The notes below the pieces were generated by a model that ran no database searches, was not told the DNA's origin, and worked only from the letters and a program-made list of their open reading frames with translations. A stretch of 63,013 bases of DNA, the filler included, from Candidatus Babelota bacterium (GTDB taxonomy: Bacteria > JAGOBX01), in the NCBI GenBank assembly GCA_017999075.1. It is 7 parts of 7 records of this genome, joined end to end, with 100 filler letters (N's around TTAATTAATTAA, not from the genome) between each part and the next. Parts side by side here need not be neighbours in the genome. Positions count along the whole stretch, not along the records: positions 36,236 to 45,106 come from JAGOBX010000121.1; positions 45,207 to 54,066 come from JAGOBX010000122.1; 5 more parts are not named here. One strand, given 5' to 3'. Within the stretch, counting starts at the first letter, position 1; every line of letters starts with the position of its first letter. Position numbers and translations under genes: made by a program. Shown here piece after piece: positions 40,201 through 50,138 of this stretch.

Positions 40201-42796
40201 TGTATACCGTCTGATTTTAACCGAACATCAATCTGACAAGAAAATCGAATATTTACTTACTTCAACCAAAGATATTAATTGCTTAAAACAAATTTTGTCG
40301 GATATTTCAAAGTTTTTTAACGGTAAAAATATTATTCCTGAAATCACAATACTTGCAGGAGAATTAAAAAATAATTGTGATTACAAACAATTACTTGATA
40401 GTGAAATTTCGAAAATAAATATGAATCCAGGTTCTTTTATTACAATCGGATTATTTTATTCTGACAATCAGAATAATTTTTATTCCTATTATTATAATGA
40501 TAAATCTGTTCCTGAAGAAAAATTAATTTTTCGTGATTTTTCACCTCTTCAGATACGTGAATTCAGGTTAAAACGGTTTGTAAATTTTGAATTTGAATCA
40601 GTTTATAAAAGTGAATCAGTATTTTTAGTAAACGCTAAAAACATAAATAATAAAAAAGATGAACGTTTGTTTGCATTTGTTGAAACACCGGAAACAAAAC
40701 CGGAATTCAGGGAAGACGGTTCAATATTAAGAATATTATCATTTGAAAATTCTTTTATGGAAGCAGTATTTGCAATAAGGTCAGTTCAATCTAAACGAAA
40801 AAATTTGTTGTTATGGAACAGAATAATAATTCACATACATTCTGTGCTTCAAACAACATTAAAGCAAATAGAAAAATATGCAGGATATCTTTCGCCCAGG
40901 CTTTCAGGACTTGGGCTTGAAAAAATTATGATTTATGCCAGAACCCCCGGTGAAAAAGAAAAAAACACAAATGAAATTGAATTTGTATTTGAAAACATTT
41001 CAGGTACGCAATTTAATTTCAGACCAAGAATTCCTATAGATTATCCTTTGGTAGAAATTAATGACTATGCCATAAAAGTTATAAAGGCAAGGCAGCGCGG
41101 CTGTTCATATCCCTATGAAATTATAAAAATGCTTACGCGTTCAAGCGGAAGTTCTATGACGACAACTGATAAATTGCCCCGAGGTGAATTTGAAGAATTT
41201 GATTTGGACAGTAAGAATCTAAAACTTATTTCGGTTAAAAACAGGGAATACGGAATGAATTCTTGCAATATAATTTCCGGAATAATAACAAATTATATTC
41301 CAAATTATGAATATCCGTTTAAGCGAGTAATAATTTTGTCTGACCCAACGGTAGATATGGGTTCACTTGCAGAACAGGAATGCAGAAGAATTATTGAATC
41401 AATAAATTTAGCGGAACAATTAAAAATACCTGTTGAATGGATCCCGGTTTCAGCAGGTGCAAGAATAGATATAGATAGCGGAACTGAAAATCTTGATTGG
41501 ACTGCTGCTGTATTAAAACGGATTATAGATTTTACTCAGTCAGGAGGAGAAATAAATATTATAGTTGACAGCGTCAATGTTGGTGCCCAATCTTATTGGA
41601 ATGCAGAAGCTACTATGCTTATGCATACTTCCGGTATATTGATTATGACTGAAGAATCTGCTATGCTGTTAACCGGAAAAAAAGCGCTGGATTATGCCGG
41701 AAGCGTTTCTGCAGAAAACAATGTTGGAATAGGCGGAGCTGACAAAATAATGGGACCTAACGGGCAAGCTCAGTTTAAAACAAAAGATATATCTTCAGCT
41801 TATCAAATTTTATTTAAACATTATGAATTTACATATAATCCTTCTGAAAATAAAATCCCAATCCAGCATAAAACTTCAGACAGTGAAAACAGAAATATAT
41901 GTTTAACTCCATATACAGATAATTTAAACCAAAACTTTAAAACCATTGGAGATATTCTTGATTTAAAAACAAATCCTGAAAGAAAAAAACCATTTGATAT
42001 GAGACAGATAATGCAAGCTGTTATTGACACTGATTCAGGTTATCTTGAACGGTGGGCTTTTATGAAAGATGCTGAAACATCAATCGTATGGGAATCTCGT
42101 ATAGGAGGGTTTTCGTCAGGTATCTTAGGCATTGAAAGCAAACAGATTTCACGTGTCGGAGAAATACCTAACGACGGTCCTGAAATGTGGACAGGAGGTA
42201 CTCTTTTCCCATTGTCTTCGAAAAAAATAGCAAGAGCAATTAATTCTTTCAGCGGTAAAATTCCGCTTGTTGTCCTTGCCAATTTATCTGGATTTGACGG
42301 TTCGCCTGAATCTATGCGAAGATTGCAGCTTGAATACGGAGCTGAAATAGGACGTGCAGTGGTTAATTTTAAAGGACCTATAGTTTTTGTGGTTATAGCA
42401 AGGTATCATGGCGGAGCGTATGTCGTATTCTCAAAACAATTAAACAAAAATATTAATGCGGCCGCTGTCAAAGGAGCATATGCTTCAGTCATAGGAGGTT
42501 CTTCTGCTGCTGCAGTTGTTTTTCCTAAACTTGTTATTAAAAACACTTTAAGCGACAGCAGAATAATTGAAGCTCAAAATCTTTTAAACCTAAAAAAAAT
42601 TAAAAAGAAAGAATATGATGAAATTTATAAAAAGGTTTTTACTGAAAAACAAACTGAACTTGCTCAGAAATTTGACAATATTCATTCTATAGAACGCGCA
42701 AAATCTGTAGGATCAATAGATACTATTATTTTGCCGGAAGAGTTAAGAACTTTTATAATAAATTCTATCAAAAAAACAAATTATATTGGTATTTGA
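37205..42796 (+). CDS. Single-chain biotin-dependent acyl-CoA carboxylase (BC-BCCP-central-CT, 1863 aa)
   Basis: BC: NRGE, GWGFLSED, GGGRGIR, RDCSVQR, EVNTRLQVEH. BCCP: EAMKM. CT: YPYEI, SAGARI, ANLSGFDG, GGAYVV. Confidence 0.92.
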   Translation: MKENDNDNKIKLSDNAKIGIINRGECAMRFIRGVKEYNKTFGTSLKTVTFYLDSDKDAPYVKYSDYCYPLKNINMFFQIKGNVYINRPFMLKALEISGCQGVWVGWGFLSEDSEFAAMIEKSGMVLLGPSSEAMALLGDKIKAKNLAEQSNVSICNWSKGPVKSVEEAYEIAELIGYPVIIKAANAGGGRGIRFVMNKEELERQYISAKEETIRITGGDLLYIEHFVKFGRHLEVQIASDRFGNVYAFGVRDCSVQRKNQKILEETPPTDISELTINEMQDSAKRLIKAAKYQGVGTVEFIFDISSQKYYFMEVNTRLQVEHTVTEQLYNIDLVKIQIQIASNIELSIPVFSPKIHVIEARLNAEDPENNFAPAPGKVVAFNIPSGPGIRVDSGIEKGTSIPQEFDSMIAKIISSGSTRNEAFARLERALEEFQILIEGGTTNKAFLIELLNNPGIKKGGVSTRYVEDMLSSTPDVIKRFDWQIALLACAIEQYATKYIEELTNFKQQFNRSGYPQNLDMALGHQISITHNSITYDFFVKFVGEDIFHIKINGQFIIVKYVWEESIAVLYYNEKRYRIQTVTRGNTIIFEINGTPYPIPIESGGLVKSQSPAMVIFIPVKLGQEIKKGQLLLSLEAMKMETTVTSQEDGIIKEIYVRQGEQIAAGQPLIKIEQMKSSSIKNSESEYEKIDFNNMAIDFNDVSSKNLFVIWNFIKREFEAVFLGFDNKEKTTDTLNRTLDFIERHPHFKNHLIELFLTCIEMYLDIESLFSNNAICTDNSAGTISFQELMMHYFKRTKDREKGMPEEFLTMLNKATSWYKSGKLHEIENYTRAMFRIYKTHFYIKIKNELLHQMLIIMQDNLNPADVAFTSDKLSDLLEKTAQLTSLLHPNIANAALNAQYILINNYLLLKIKETKSALIAELIKSFKNTEHYFAKQEYYTGIICNLGTEIIPFLLKLSTDDSEFDSEEINLIGNELLSKRFNRDRHIIEAENLKINSTNVYRLILTEHQSDKKIEYLLTSTKDINCLKQILSDISKFFNGKNIIPEITILAGELKNNCDYKQLLDSEISKINMNPGSFITIGLFYSDNQNNFYSYYYNDKSVPEEKLIFRDFSPLQIREFRLKRFVNFEFESVYKSESVFLVNAKNINNKKDERLFAFVETPETKPEFREDGSILRILSFENSFMEAVFAIRSVQSKRKNLLLWNRIIIHIHSVLQTTLKQIEKYAGYLSPRLSGLGLEKIMIYARTPGEKEKNTNEIEFVFENISGTQFNFRPRIPIDYPLVEINDYAIKVIKARQRGCSYPYEIIKMLTRSSGSSMTTTDKLPRGEFEEFDLDSKNLKLISVKNREYGMNSCNIISGIITNYIPNYEYPFKRVIILSDPTVDMGSLAEQECRRIIESINLAEQLKIPVEWIPVSAGARIDIDSGTENLDWTAAVLKRIIDFTQSGGEINIIVDSVNVGAQSYWNAEATMLMHTSGILIMTEESAMLLTGKKALDYAGSVSAENNVGIGGADKIMGPNGQAQFKTKDISSAYQILFKHYEFTYNPSENKIPIQHKTSDSENRNICLTPYTDNLNQNFKTIGDILDLKTNPERKKPFDMRQIMQAVIDTDSGYLERWAFMKDAETSIVWESRIGGFSSGILGIESKQISRVGEIPNDGPEMWTGGTLFPLSSKKIARAINSFSGKIPLVVLANLSGFDGSPESMRRLQLEYGAEIGRAVVNFKGPIVFVVIARYHGGAYVVFSKQLNKNINAAAVKGAYASVIGGSSAAAVVFPKLVIKNTLSDSRIIEAQNLLNLKKIKKKEYDEIYKKVFTEKQTELAQKFDNIHSIERAKSVGSIDTIILPEELRTFIINSIKKTNYIGI

Positions 42797-42882
42797 AAAT
42801 AATTAGTTTATAAAAAAAATTATTTCACATATAAATGGTTTAATTTAATGTTTTGTAGTTTTAATTTTAGAGTATTATTAAA

Positions 42883-44181
42883 TCAGTTATATTTTATTAA
42901 ATTCAGATCGTATCCGAGTCTGAAAAAAAATAAATTCAATCTGCTTGATAATACTGTAATGTCATTCAAATCATAATCTTTTAAAAAAAGATTGTTTTCA
43001 TTGAATATTGATAGTTTAAAATTATATGTGCCTGGTTTAATTTTTAAAAACACCACATCTAATTTTCCCGGTAAAGTATTCCAATAACGAGGATCAAGAG
43101 TATCTTTTCCTCTGATCAGCCATCCTAATGGTTTAATATCTTTTGTAGCTTTTCTTCTAATTTCATCTTTGAGTTCATCCTTAAACAATGAAATTACTGA
43201 TTCCCGCAAAACATCTTTAAATCTCGGTTCAGGAATATTCAAATTATAAGATTTAACAGCATAATTATTAAATGAAAGAATTGTTTTTAACTCAAGTTCG
43301 CTTCTTGGTTCAGGAACAGGAGAATACGACGGGGAAACCTCTTTAAACAAAACATCTAAAATTTGTTCATTATTATTTGAGTCTGCAGCTTTAGTAATTT
43401 TATATTGAGTTTTCAGCGTATTATATGTTTCTAAAATATATTTAGAATAATTTATATCTTTTATTGATTTAGGCAGATCAATAAATATAACAAGACTCTC
43501 GAGATTTTCATTATCAGCCCAAAACAGATAATCATTATTTTTCGAAGACGCCGATTCTGATATCAATTTGCTTTCTTGGTTATACCCGAGTTTATTTAGA
43601 ATTGAAGATAAAATGCCGTAAGCAGGTAAAAAATAATTATTAAAAGATATAATTTTACGCATTGAAACCATAGAAGTATTGTAATCTTTCAAATTATTCA
43701 ATGAAATACATCCAAGAAGAAATTCTGAAAAAATTGATTGGGGTTCCTTAATCAGAGATTGCCGTAATTCAATGAGGCTCTTTTCAATGTCGTTTAATTT
43801 GTAATAACATACAGCTTTAAAAAAGTGAAGGTATGCAAGTTCAAAATCTTTCATTTGATATGGTAATCTGTCTGCTGCTGCCATAGTGCTGACAAAAAAA
43901 TTTTTTTCAAAATTTGTTTTTTCCGCGTCATTTAAACTTTTTAAAGCATCAGTATAATTTTTCTCCCAGAATTTTGACATTGCGAGATTTAATAAATATA
44001 GAGTTTTATTGATTGTTATTTTTTTATTTGCGCCTGAAGAATATTCTTTTGACGCGGCAGTAAAATTGTCAGAATAAAAAAGAATATCACCTTTTCTGGC
44101 AGAGATTATGCCGCTGCAGGAAATGAACGCAGTCAGCGGAACAATCAATAAACAAAACCGAAGCAAATCAAATCTTACCAT
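42883..44181 (-). CDS. TPR-containing lipoprotein (COG3014-like partner of LpoB-family genes)
   Basis: Lipobox FISC; helical repeats; C-terminal DPRYWNTLPG; start overlaps the stop of the LpoB-like gene. Confidence 0.65.
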   Translation of the reverse strand: MVRFDLLRFCLLIVPLTAFISCSGIISARKGDILFYSDNFTAASKEYSSGANKKITINKTLYLLNLAMSKFWEKNYTDALKSLNDAEKTNFEKNFFVSTMAAADRLPYQMKDFELAYLHFFKAVCYYKLNDIEKSLIELRQSLIKEPQSIFSEFLLGCISLNNLKDYNTSMVSMRKIISFNNYFLPAYGILSSILNKLGYNQESKLISESASSKNNDYLFWADNENLESLVIFIDLPKSIKDINYSKYILETYNTLKTQYKITKAADSNNNEQILDVLFKEVSPSYSPVPEPRSELELKTILSFNNYAVKSYNLNIPEPRFKDVLRESVISLFKDELKDEIRRKATKDIKPLGWLIRGKDTLDPRYWNTLPGKLDVVFLKIKPGTYNFKLSIFNENNLFLKDYDLNDITVLSSRLNLFFFRLGYDLNLIKYN

Positions 44182-44762
44182 TTGCTTTTAACTTGAGTTT
44201 TTTTGAATTCAGCTTGACCTGACCATAATTCAACGCTTGTTGTTGTATTGGTGATTGTAACAGATAATCTGAAATAAGTCTCCTGTTTTTTAGTTAACGG
44301 ATTCCATCCATCTGAGCGGGTTTTATCAATCGAATCTATTCTGCCGTACAATAAATAATCAGCTCCCCAAAGTTTATTTCTCTGCTGAACATGCTCGGCC
44401 GTTTTATCAATAAGGTTTTGTTCGTCTTCAAGAACAGTAAGTCTATCACGTTCGACAAATATTGCTCCTGATTTTATTCTTATCGCATCTTTAATTTTTT
44501 CAGAAATAATTTTAGTGTTGAAATGTTCAGCAGTCATATTGTCAATAGATCTTAAAGCAATTGTTTTACCTTTAAGTTCGATAAAATCTTTAGCTATATC
44601 ATCGGCTATTTTACCGGCCATAGCTTCAATATCAACATTTGTTACTCCGGTATCAGCATTAACATCACTGTTAACATCAACACGTTTTGAAGCGCATCCT
44701 GAAATGCAGATCAATGATAAAACTGAAATTGTTATAATTAAAATAATTTTAATTTTTTTCAT
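44175..44762 (-). CDS. LpoB/CsgG-fold lipoprotein (PBP activator LpoB-like)
   Basis: Lipobox ISGC; IDNMTAEH, FVERD, GADYLLYGRI and ELWS motifs. Confidence 0.8.
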   Translation of the reverse strand: MKKIKIILIITISVLSLICISGCASKRVDVNSDVNADTGVTNVDIEAMAGKIADDIAKDFIELKGKTIALRSIDNMTAEHFNTKIISEKIKDAIRIKSGAIFVERDRLTVLEDEQNLIDKTAEHVQQRNKLWGADYLLYGRIDSIDKTRSDGWNPLTKKQETYFRLSVTITNTTTSVELWSGQAEFKKTQVKSKW

Positions 44763-44933
44763 AATAAACCTCCGTCACTAATTATTGAATATATTTTAAA
44801 ATTTGCTAATAAACTTTTTTTAATCAGATAATTTTAATTAAAACTAATTATGATAATATTAGATAACAATCAACCTAAAAAGTTCAAAAAATATTTATAT
44901 TATATTCAACGTTTTAATATTAAGAACTTTTAT

Positions 44934-45106
44934 TTATCGTATTTTTTTTACCGAATTAATATTATTTTCGAATATTATAATTTTATTATCATATACATTA
45001 ATAAAATCATAGTCGCCATCATTGTTATAATCAATAAAAAAAGATTGGTAAGTTATTGAATTTGTATTTAATATTTCATTTTCAACTTTATCAGATGCGA
45101 ATTCAA
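44934..45106 (-). CDS. C-terminal fragment of an FG-GAP/VCBS repeat protein
   Basis: Not in the ORF track. Translates as EFASDKVENEILNTNSITYQSFFIDYNNDGDYDFINVYDNKIIIFENNINSVKKIR*. Confidence 0.7.
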
Positions 45107-45206
45107 NNNNNNNNNNNNNNNNNNNNNNNNNNNNNNNNNNNNNNNNNNNNTTAATTAATTAANNNNNNNNNNNNNNNNNNNNNNNNNNNNNNNNNNNNNN
45201 NNNNNN
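45107..45206. other. Artificial contig linker
   Basis: N44-TTAATTAATTAA-N44. Confidence 0.99.
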
Positions 45207-46144
45207 TTACGATACTGTATTTGATATTTTTTTTGTTATTTTTCGGGATAAAAAATTTTGGCAAGCCTGCTGAAAAAGAAAAGTATTCAAGTATAATACT
45301 GATGAAAAGTCAGTATGAACCGGAAGCAGGGCTCAGGAGCATAGGAGAAACATTGTCAGATGCAGGAAGAAAATTTTTTGTTTATTCGTTAAGGTTAGTT
45401 CCGGATATGTTTTTTTATCCTTTTTTCAAGAATGTAAAACCTTCTGCAGTATCAATTAAATTTTTAGTTCAGGCCTGTGCCGGATTTTTATTGACAATAT
45501 TGATATTGTCAGGATTTTTTTTAAGGTTTAAACCCTTCACCCCTAAAAATATTATCGGGCAAATTTCAGTTTCAGATATTTATATTTTATTGACTGCAGG
45601 CATGCTTCTGATATGGCAGATATACAGCTCAAGATATCTGCTTCCGATATTACCGTTTTTAATTTTTAATATTATATATTCTTTTAATATGATTGCGGAT
45701 AAAAAAATTGTAAAGTATATTTTTATGATTTTTATAACTATTAATATAATTGCTCAGTTTAAACTTATATATCTTGAAAGAACCAATTATATTCCAGGCG
45801 AATGGAAAGAATATTATTCTACTTTAAATTATCTTGAATCTAATAATTTGATAAAAGAAAATGTTAGTGTAGTTTGCAGAAAACCTTTATCATATCATTT
45901 GCTTTCAGGTTACAAGCTTAAAACAATTGGTTATCCGCTTACTGCTGATACGGATGAAATAAGAAAATTTATGAAATATAATAAAATCAACTATATTGTC
46001 AGAGACAATTTTTTTATAAGCGGAGTAGATACTGCCGGAAAATACCTTGATCCTTTTTTAGACAAATATTCATCAGAACTTGAATTATTATATTCTTCGA
46101 ATGATGGAAAAACCAAATTGTTTAAAATTGTTTTTTTTGATTAA
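45207..46144 (+). CDS. Polytopic membrane protein, GT-C (ArnT/PMT-like) glycosyltransferase C-terminal fragment
   Basis: Several TM helices, RYLLPILPF, and a soluble C-terminal domain with INYIV. Confidence 0.6.
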
Positions 46145-46154
46145 CCGTATTTTT

Positions 46155-46916
46155 TTATTTGGTAACAGCAAACAATGCGATGCGGTTTAGAGATGGAAAA
46201 GGTTTTAAACAGAAATCTGCGGAATTCAAAATTGTTCTGATAAAATAATTATTGATATTTACCACATCATTTATTCCATAAAATTTTATTATTTTAAAAT
46301 TGTTTTTTAAAAGCAATAGTTTTAATCCTTTAAAAGTGAATGGCCGTATATGATCTGAGCCTGGGATCAATTCACTTTCAGTTCTATATGAAGATTCGGT
46401 AATATGTCCGATCGGATATTTTAAGCTTATATGAGTGTCAAAGGGCTGAAATCCGAATAATAATGAAATTCTGTTGTATATAGATGCGAGGTTTGGAGTA
46501 TCAACGACAAATAATCCGCCGGGTTTTAAAACTCTGTAAGTTTGTTCAAAAAAGAAATCAGTATTGAATAGATGTTCGATTATGGCTCCTGCATATATTG
46601 AATCAAAACAATTGTCCGGAAAGGGAAATTTTTCTTCATCGACTTTTAGTGAAACTGCTTGAACATTATTTGCGGCAGAAGATTTCAATCCAGAATCAGA
46701 AGTCTCAATTCCGCATAATTTTTTAACTCCGCAGACTGAGCCTATCAATTTTGTAAAATTGCCGTCGCCACAGCCTATGTCAAGATGACTGTCGGATTTT
46801 TTTTTTGAAAAAATATCGTAAACAAGTTTATGTCTTCCTGTGAGAATTGAGTGTTCACCTGAAGTTTTACCTGAATAGTCATCTTTAAACTTGTTTCTGG
46901 AATTTAATTGAGTCAT
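46155..46916 (-). CDS. Class I SAM-dependent methyltransferase
   Basis: LDIGCGDG, FPFPDNCFD, IEHL and RVLKPGG motifs. Confidence 0.92.
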   Translation of the reverse strand: MTQLNSRNKFKDDYSGKTSGEHSILTGRHKLVYDIFSKKKSDSHLDIGCGDGNFTKLIGSVCGVKKLCGIETSDSGLKSSAANNVQAVSLKVDEEKFPFPDNCFDSIYAGAIIEHLFNTDFFFEQTYRVLKPGGLFVVDTPNLASIYNRISLLFGFQPFDTHISLKYPIGHITESSYRTESELIPGSDHIRPFTFKGLKLLLLKNNFKIIKFYGINDVVNINNYFIRTILNSADFCLKPFPSLNRIALFAVTK

Positions 46917-46919
46917 TAT

Positions 46920-47987
46920 TTATTTTAAAGAACCCCAGTGTTTTTTGTAAAAATTGATAGAATCTTCACAATGGTTTGGAACAGGCAAATCATTTTTATG
47001 CTGCTTGCATATTTCGTTAAGTTCTTTTACAAATTCTATGTTTTCAGCTACCCAGCATTTTTCCGAGTAATGCCCGAAAATTCCTGAACTAATAGAATTT
47101 TTCCATATTTCAGAAATTGATTTTTCTTTAACATTTCCTAAAGAAAGATGTATGAAAGGACATGGCATCACATCTCCATAAGGCGTAAGATAAAGCTGTT
47201 CAGCTACAGCTCCGCAGCCTGTTTTAACCCAGGAAGCATGTATATCTCTTTGCGCAAGCCCAATTGTATTTCTTAAATTTTCTATATAGTCAGTATCTGA
47301 TTTTGTTACAAGCAAATCCATTTTATCTTCCCACGCGCCTACAGGACATGCAAGAATAGGATTATATGGGATTTTTTCCGAATGAAGCCATTCAAACAAT
47401 TTTTTCTGATCATCATTTTGATTTAACGAATTGTGGCTGACAGTTACATTGACGGACACTCCAAGCCCGGCTTCTTTAACATATTTAATGGATTCAATCA
47501 CTTTTTTAAATGAACCCTGAAGACCTCTAAATTTATCATGAATTTCAGGAGACATATTATCAAGACTGAATATTATCTGTTTTACTCCGGAGATTTTTAA
47601 AGAATTGATTTTTTCCGGAGTCATTAGAAAGCCATTGGTGGTTATTGAAATATGATTTTTTTTAGGAGAGAATGCATTAATGTATTCCTCGAAATTTTTT
47701 ATTAAAAGCGGTTCTCCTCCCTGAAGATTGAAATGAAGGCAACCTTCATTTCTTGCATCATCGGCAACTTTTTTGTAATCCTGGATATTTAACTTTTCTT
47801 TTTTCTTTTTTAATGTTACTGCAAAACAGTGGTCGCATTTCATATTACAAGCATAGTCAAGAGCTATATCCATATATTTTAAAACAGGAATTTTAAAAAT
47901 TTTACTTTTCAGGAATAAGAGTCCCCCTTTAATCAAAAGTCCGTTTCTTATACCTTTATAAACTTTAATACGTTTTAATATTTTCAT
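46920..47987 (-). CDS. Radical SAM protein with SPASM/twitch domain
   Basis: CNMKCDHC, GGEPLL, TTNG and CGA...YGDVMPCPF...GNV motifs. Confidence 0.92.
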   Translation of the reverse strand: MKILKRIKVYKGIRNGLLIKGGLLFLKSKIFKIPVLKYMDIALDYACNMKCDHCFAVTLKKKKEKLNIQDYKKVADDARNEGCLHFNLQGGEPLLIKNFEEYINAFSPKKNHISITTNGFLMTPEKINSLKISGVKQIIFSLDNMSPEIHDKFRGLQGSFKKVIESIKYVKEAGLGVSVNVTVSHNSLNQNDDQKKLFEWLHSEKIPYNPILACPVGAWEDKMDLLVTKSDTDYIENLRNTIGLAQRDIHASWVKTGCGAVAEQLYLTPYGDVMPCPFIHLSLGNVKEKSISEIWKNSISSGIFGHYSEKCWVAENIEFVKELNEICKQHKNDLPVPNHCEDSINFYKKHWGSLK

Positions 47988-48083
47988 AACCCATCCGAAA
48001 TCAATAAATTAAATTCCGGATAAAACCGGAAATAATGAAATCAGATAATGCCATACAGTTAAGAAAAAATCAATAAAAAAAAC

Positions 48084-48128
48084 TTGACATCAGAATAAAA
48101 ATGAATTATTTTTAACCAAATGGTTAAA
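48084..48128 (+). promoter_or_regulatory. sigma70 promoter with overlapping palindromic operator (probable TetR site)
   Basis: TTGACA (48084)-N17-TATTTT; perfect palindrome TTTAACCA-AA-TGGTTAAA at 48111-48128. Confidence 0.75.
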
Positions 48129-48218
48129 TTATAAAGTTGAATTTTTGAGTTAAATTTTATTGATAAAGATTTGAACCAGGTAGTAATTTATAAAAAATTT
48201 TAGAACAGGAGATTTTTT

Positions 48219-48848
48219 ATGGCTGATACTGAAAAATTTGAATCGTCAAATGATACCGAATTAAAAATACTCGAAGCTGCAAAAAAAATTTTTTCTAAAA
48301 AAGGATATGATGGAGCCCGGATGCAGGAGATTGCGGATGAAGCTAAAATAAATAAAGCCTGCCTTCATTATTATTTCAGGAGCAAAGATAAATTGTTTGA
48401 AATTATTTTCAGGCAATGTTTTAAAAAAGTTTACAATGAACTCGGCGAAGTAATAGATAAAGAACTTCCTCTTAAGGATAAAATAGTGTTTATAGTTGAA
48501 CATTATATAAAATTCATATCGAAAAATCAGTATCTTATTCCGTTTATTATGACTGAAGTAGCAAAGGATCCTGAAAAGCTTGTTAAAATAATCAAGAATT
48601 CTGAAATAAAATTTAAACCGGGAAATTTTATTAAACAAATAAAAAAAGAAATTGAGTCTGGAAAAATAAGGGAGATAGATCCTTTACAATTATTTATGAA
48701 TATTATTTCAATGTGCGTTTTTCCGTTTTTTGCCAGACCTATAATTTGCGGGATACTGGAAATTTCAGAAACAAAATACAGAAAAATGATGGATGACAGA
48801 AAAAAAATAATAGTTGAATTTATAATGAAATCAATTGAGAACAGATGA
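48219..48848 (+). CDS. TetR/AcrR family regulator
   Basis: ILEAAKKIFSKKGYDGARMQEIADEAKINKACLHYYFRSKDKLF helix-turn-helix. Confidence 0.96.
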   Translation: MADTEKFESSNDTELKILEAAKKIFSKKGYDGARMQEIADEAKINKACLHYYFRSKDKLFEIIFRQCFKKVYNELGEVIDKELPLKDKIVFIVEHYIKFISKNQYLIPFIMTEVAKDPEKLVKIIKNSEIKFKPGNFIKQIKKEIESGKIREIDPLQLFMNIISMCVFPFFARPIICGILEISETKYRKMMDDRKKIIVEFIMKSIENR

Positions 48849-48866
48849 AAATAGGAGAAAAAACAT

Positions 48867-50138
48867 ATGGCGCTTTTTATTAAAAAATCATTATTTTCAA
48901 AAAGAATAATGATGTTTTTATTATTTTTTCTAATAAATTCTATTAGTGTTTATTCTGAAAACATAACATTGAACCAATGTTTTGAAAAACTTAAGGAGAA
49001 TTATCCGATACTGAAAAATAAAGATTATTTTAAAAATATTTCAAGTATTAAAATTGAAAATTATGATAAGGAATGGATGCCTTCGTTGTATTTACGAGGG
49101 AATATATCAGATCAGTCTGATGCGGTTCCGAGAACTGACAGAGATAAATATCAGATTAATTTTGAGATTGAACAGATTATTTATGAAGGCGGAATTATAA
49201 ACAATCAGAAAAATTATGAAAAAGAATCGGAAATTTCGGAATTGAAAAAAATAGAAATAGAAATATATAAGTTGAAAGAAAAAGTATGTAAAATTTATTT
49301 TGATATTATTTTAGCTGGCGAACAGATAAAAATTTTTGAGAATACGCTTAAAGATTTAAAATCAAGGCTGAATTCGGTTGAATCAGCAGTTAAGAACGGT
49401 GTCCGCCTAAAAAACGATTTATCTTTAATAAAAAGCGAAATCCTGACAATTGAGCAGGATATACTTTCGAAACAAAATCGTAAACGCGCGCTTTTTGAAA
49501 TATTAAATGAATTAACAGGATTGAAACTAAATGAATATTTTGATTTGATTTATCCTGAAATATTTGTTTCTGATTTTGAAAATGAAAGCGGGGGTAATAG
49601 ACTGGAATTGAGTTTATACGATTCTGAAAAAAAGAAAACTGATATAATGAACGGGATAATAGCAACTAAAAGCAAACCAAAAATAAATGCATTTCTTCAG
49701 ATGGGTTATGGAAAACCGGGATTGAACATGTTTGAAAATATTTTTGAAAAATATGCAGTTGCGGGAATCAAATTTAACTGGAAAGTTTATGATTGGAAAA
49801 CGGCGGAATTGGAAAAAAATATTAACAATAACCGGAAGCAGATAATTGAAACTGAAAAAGAAATATTCAGAAAGAATATTAAAATATCTTTGATTGAGTT
49901 ATTTTATGAGATTAAAACGCTTGAAAAAACTATAATAAAAGACAGTCAGAATATTGAAATAAGAAAGGAAATTCTTGAAAGTATTTTATCTCAATACAAC
50001 AACGGAATAGCGACTGCCACGGAATATATTATTAATTCCAATAATCTGCTGAACGCAAAGAATATTTTAAAAATCCATGAAGTTCAGCTTAAATATTATC
50101 TTGCAAATTATAAAATAATCAGAGGAGATGAATTATGA
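48867..50138 (+). CDS. TolC-family outer-membrane efflux protein
   Basis: Signal peptide, OEP repeat pattern (QIIYEGG; WKVYDW; YNNG) and operon context. Confidence 0.88.
   Translation: MALFIKKSLFSKRIMMFLLFFLINSISVYSENITLNQCFEKLKENYPILKNKDYFKNISSIKIENYDKEWMPSLYLRGNISDQSDAVPRTDRDKYQINFEIEQIIYEGGIINNQKNYEKESEISELKKIEIEIYKLKEKVCKIYFDIILAGEQIKIFENTLKDLKSRLNSVESAVKNGVRLKNDLSLIKSEILTIEQDILSKQNRKRALFEILNELTGLKLNEYFDLIYPEIFVSDFENESGGNRLELSLYDSEKKKTDIMNGIIATKSKPKINAFLQMGYGKPGLNMFENIFEKYAVAGIKFNWKVYDWKTAELEKNINNNRKQIIETEKEIFRKNIKISLIELFYEIKTLEKTIIKDSQNIEIRKEILESILSQYNNGIATATEYIINSNNLLNAKNILKIHEVQLKYYLANYKIIRGDEL

Noticed and set aside
44850-45059. Plus-strand 69-aa ORF
   Set aside because: Low-complexity I/Y/N sequence. 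The minus strand here encodes a recognisable FG-GAP protein C-terminus.
46920-48218. RiPP cluster around the SPASM radical SAM
   Set aside because: No precursor peptide, RRE/PqqD domain or peptidase was seen.
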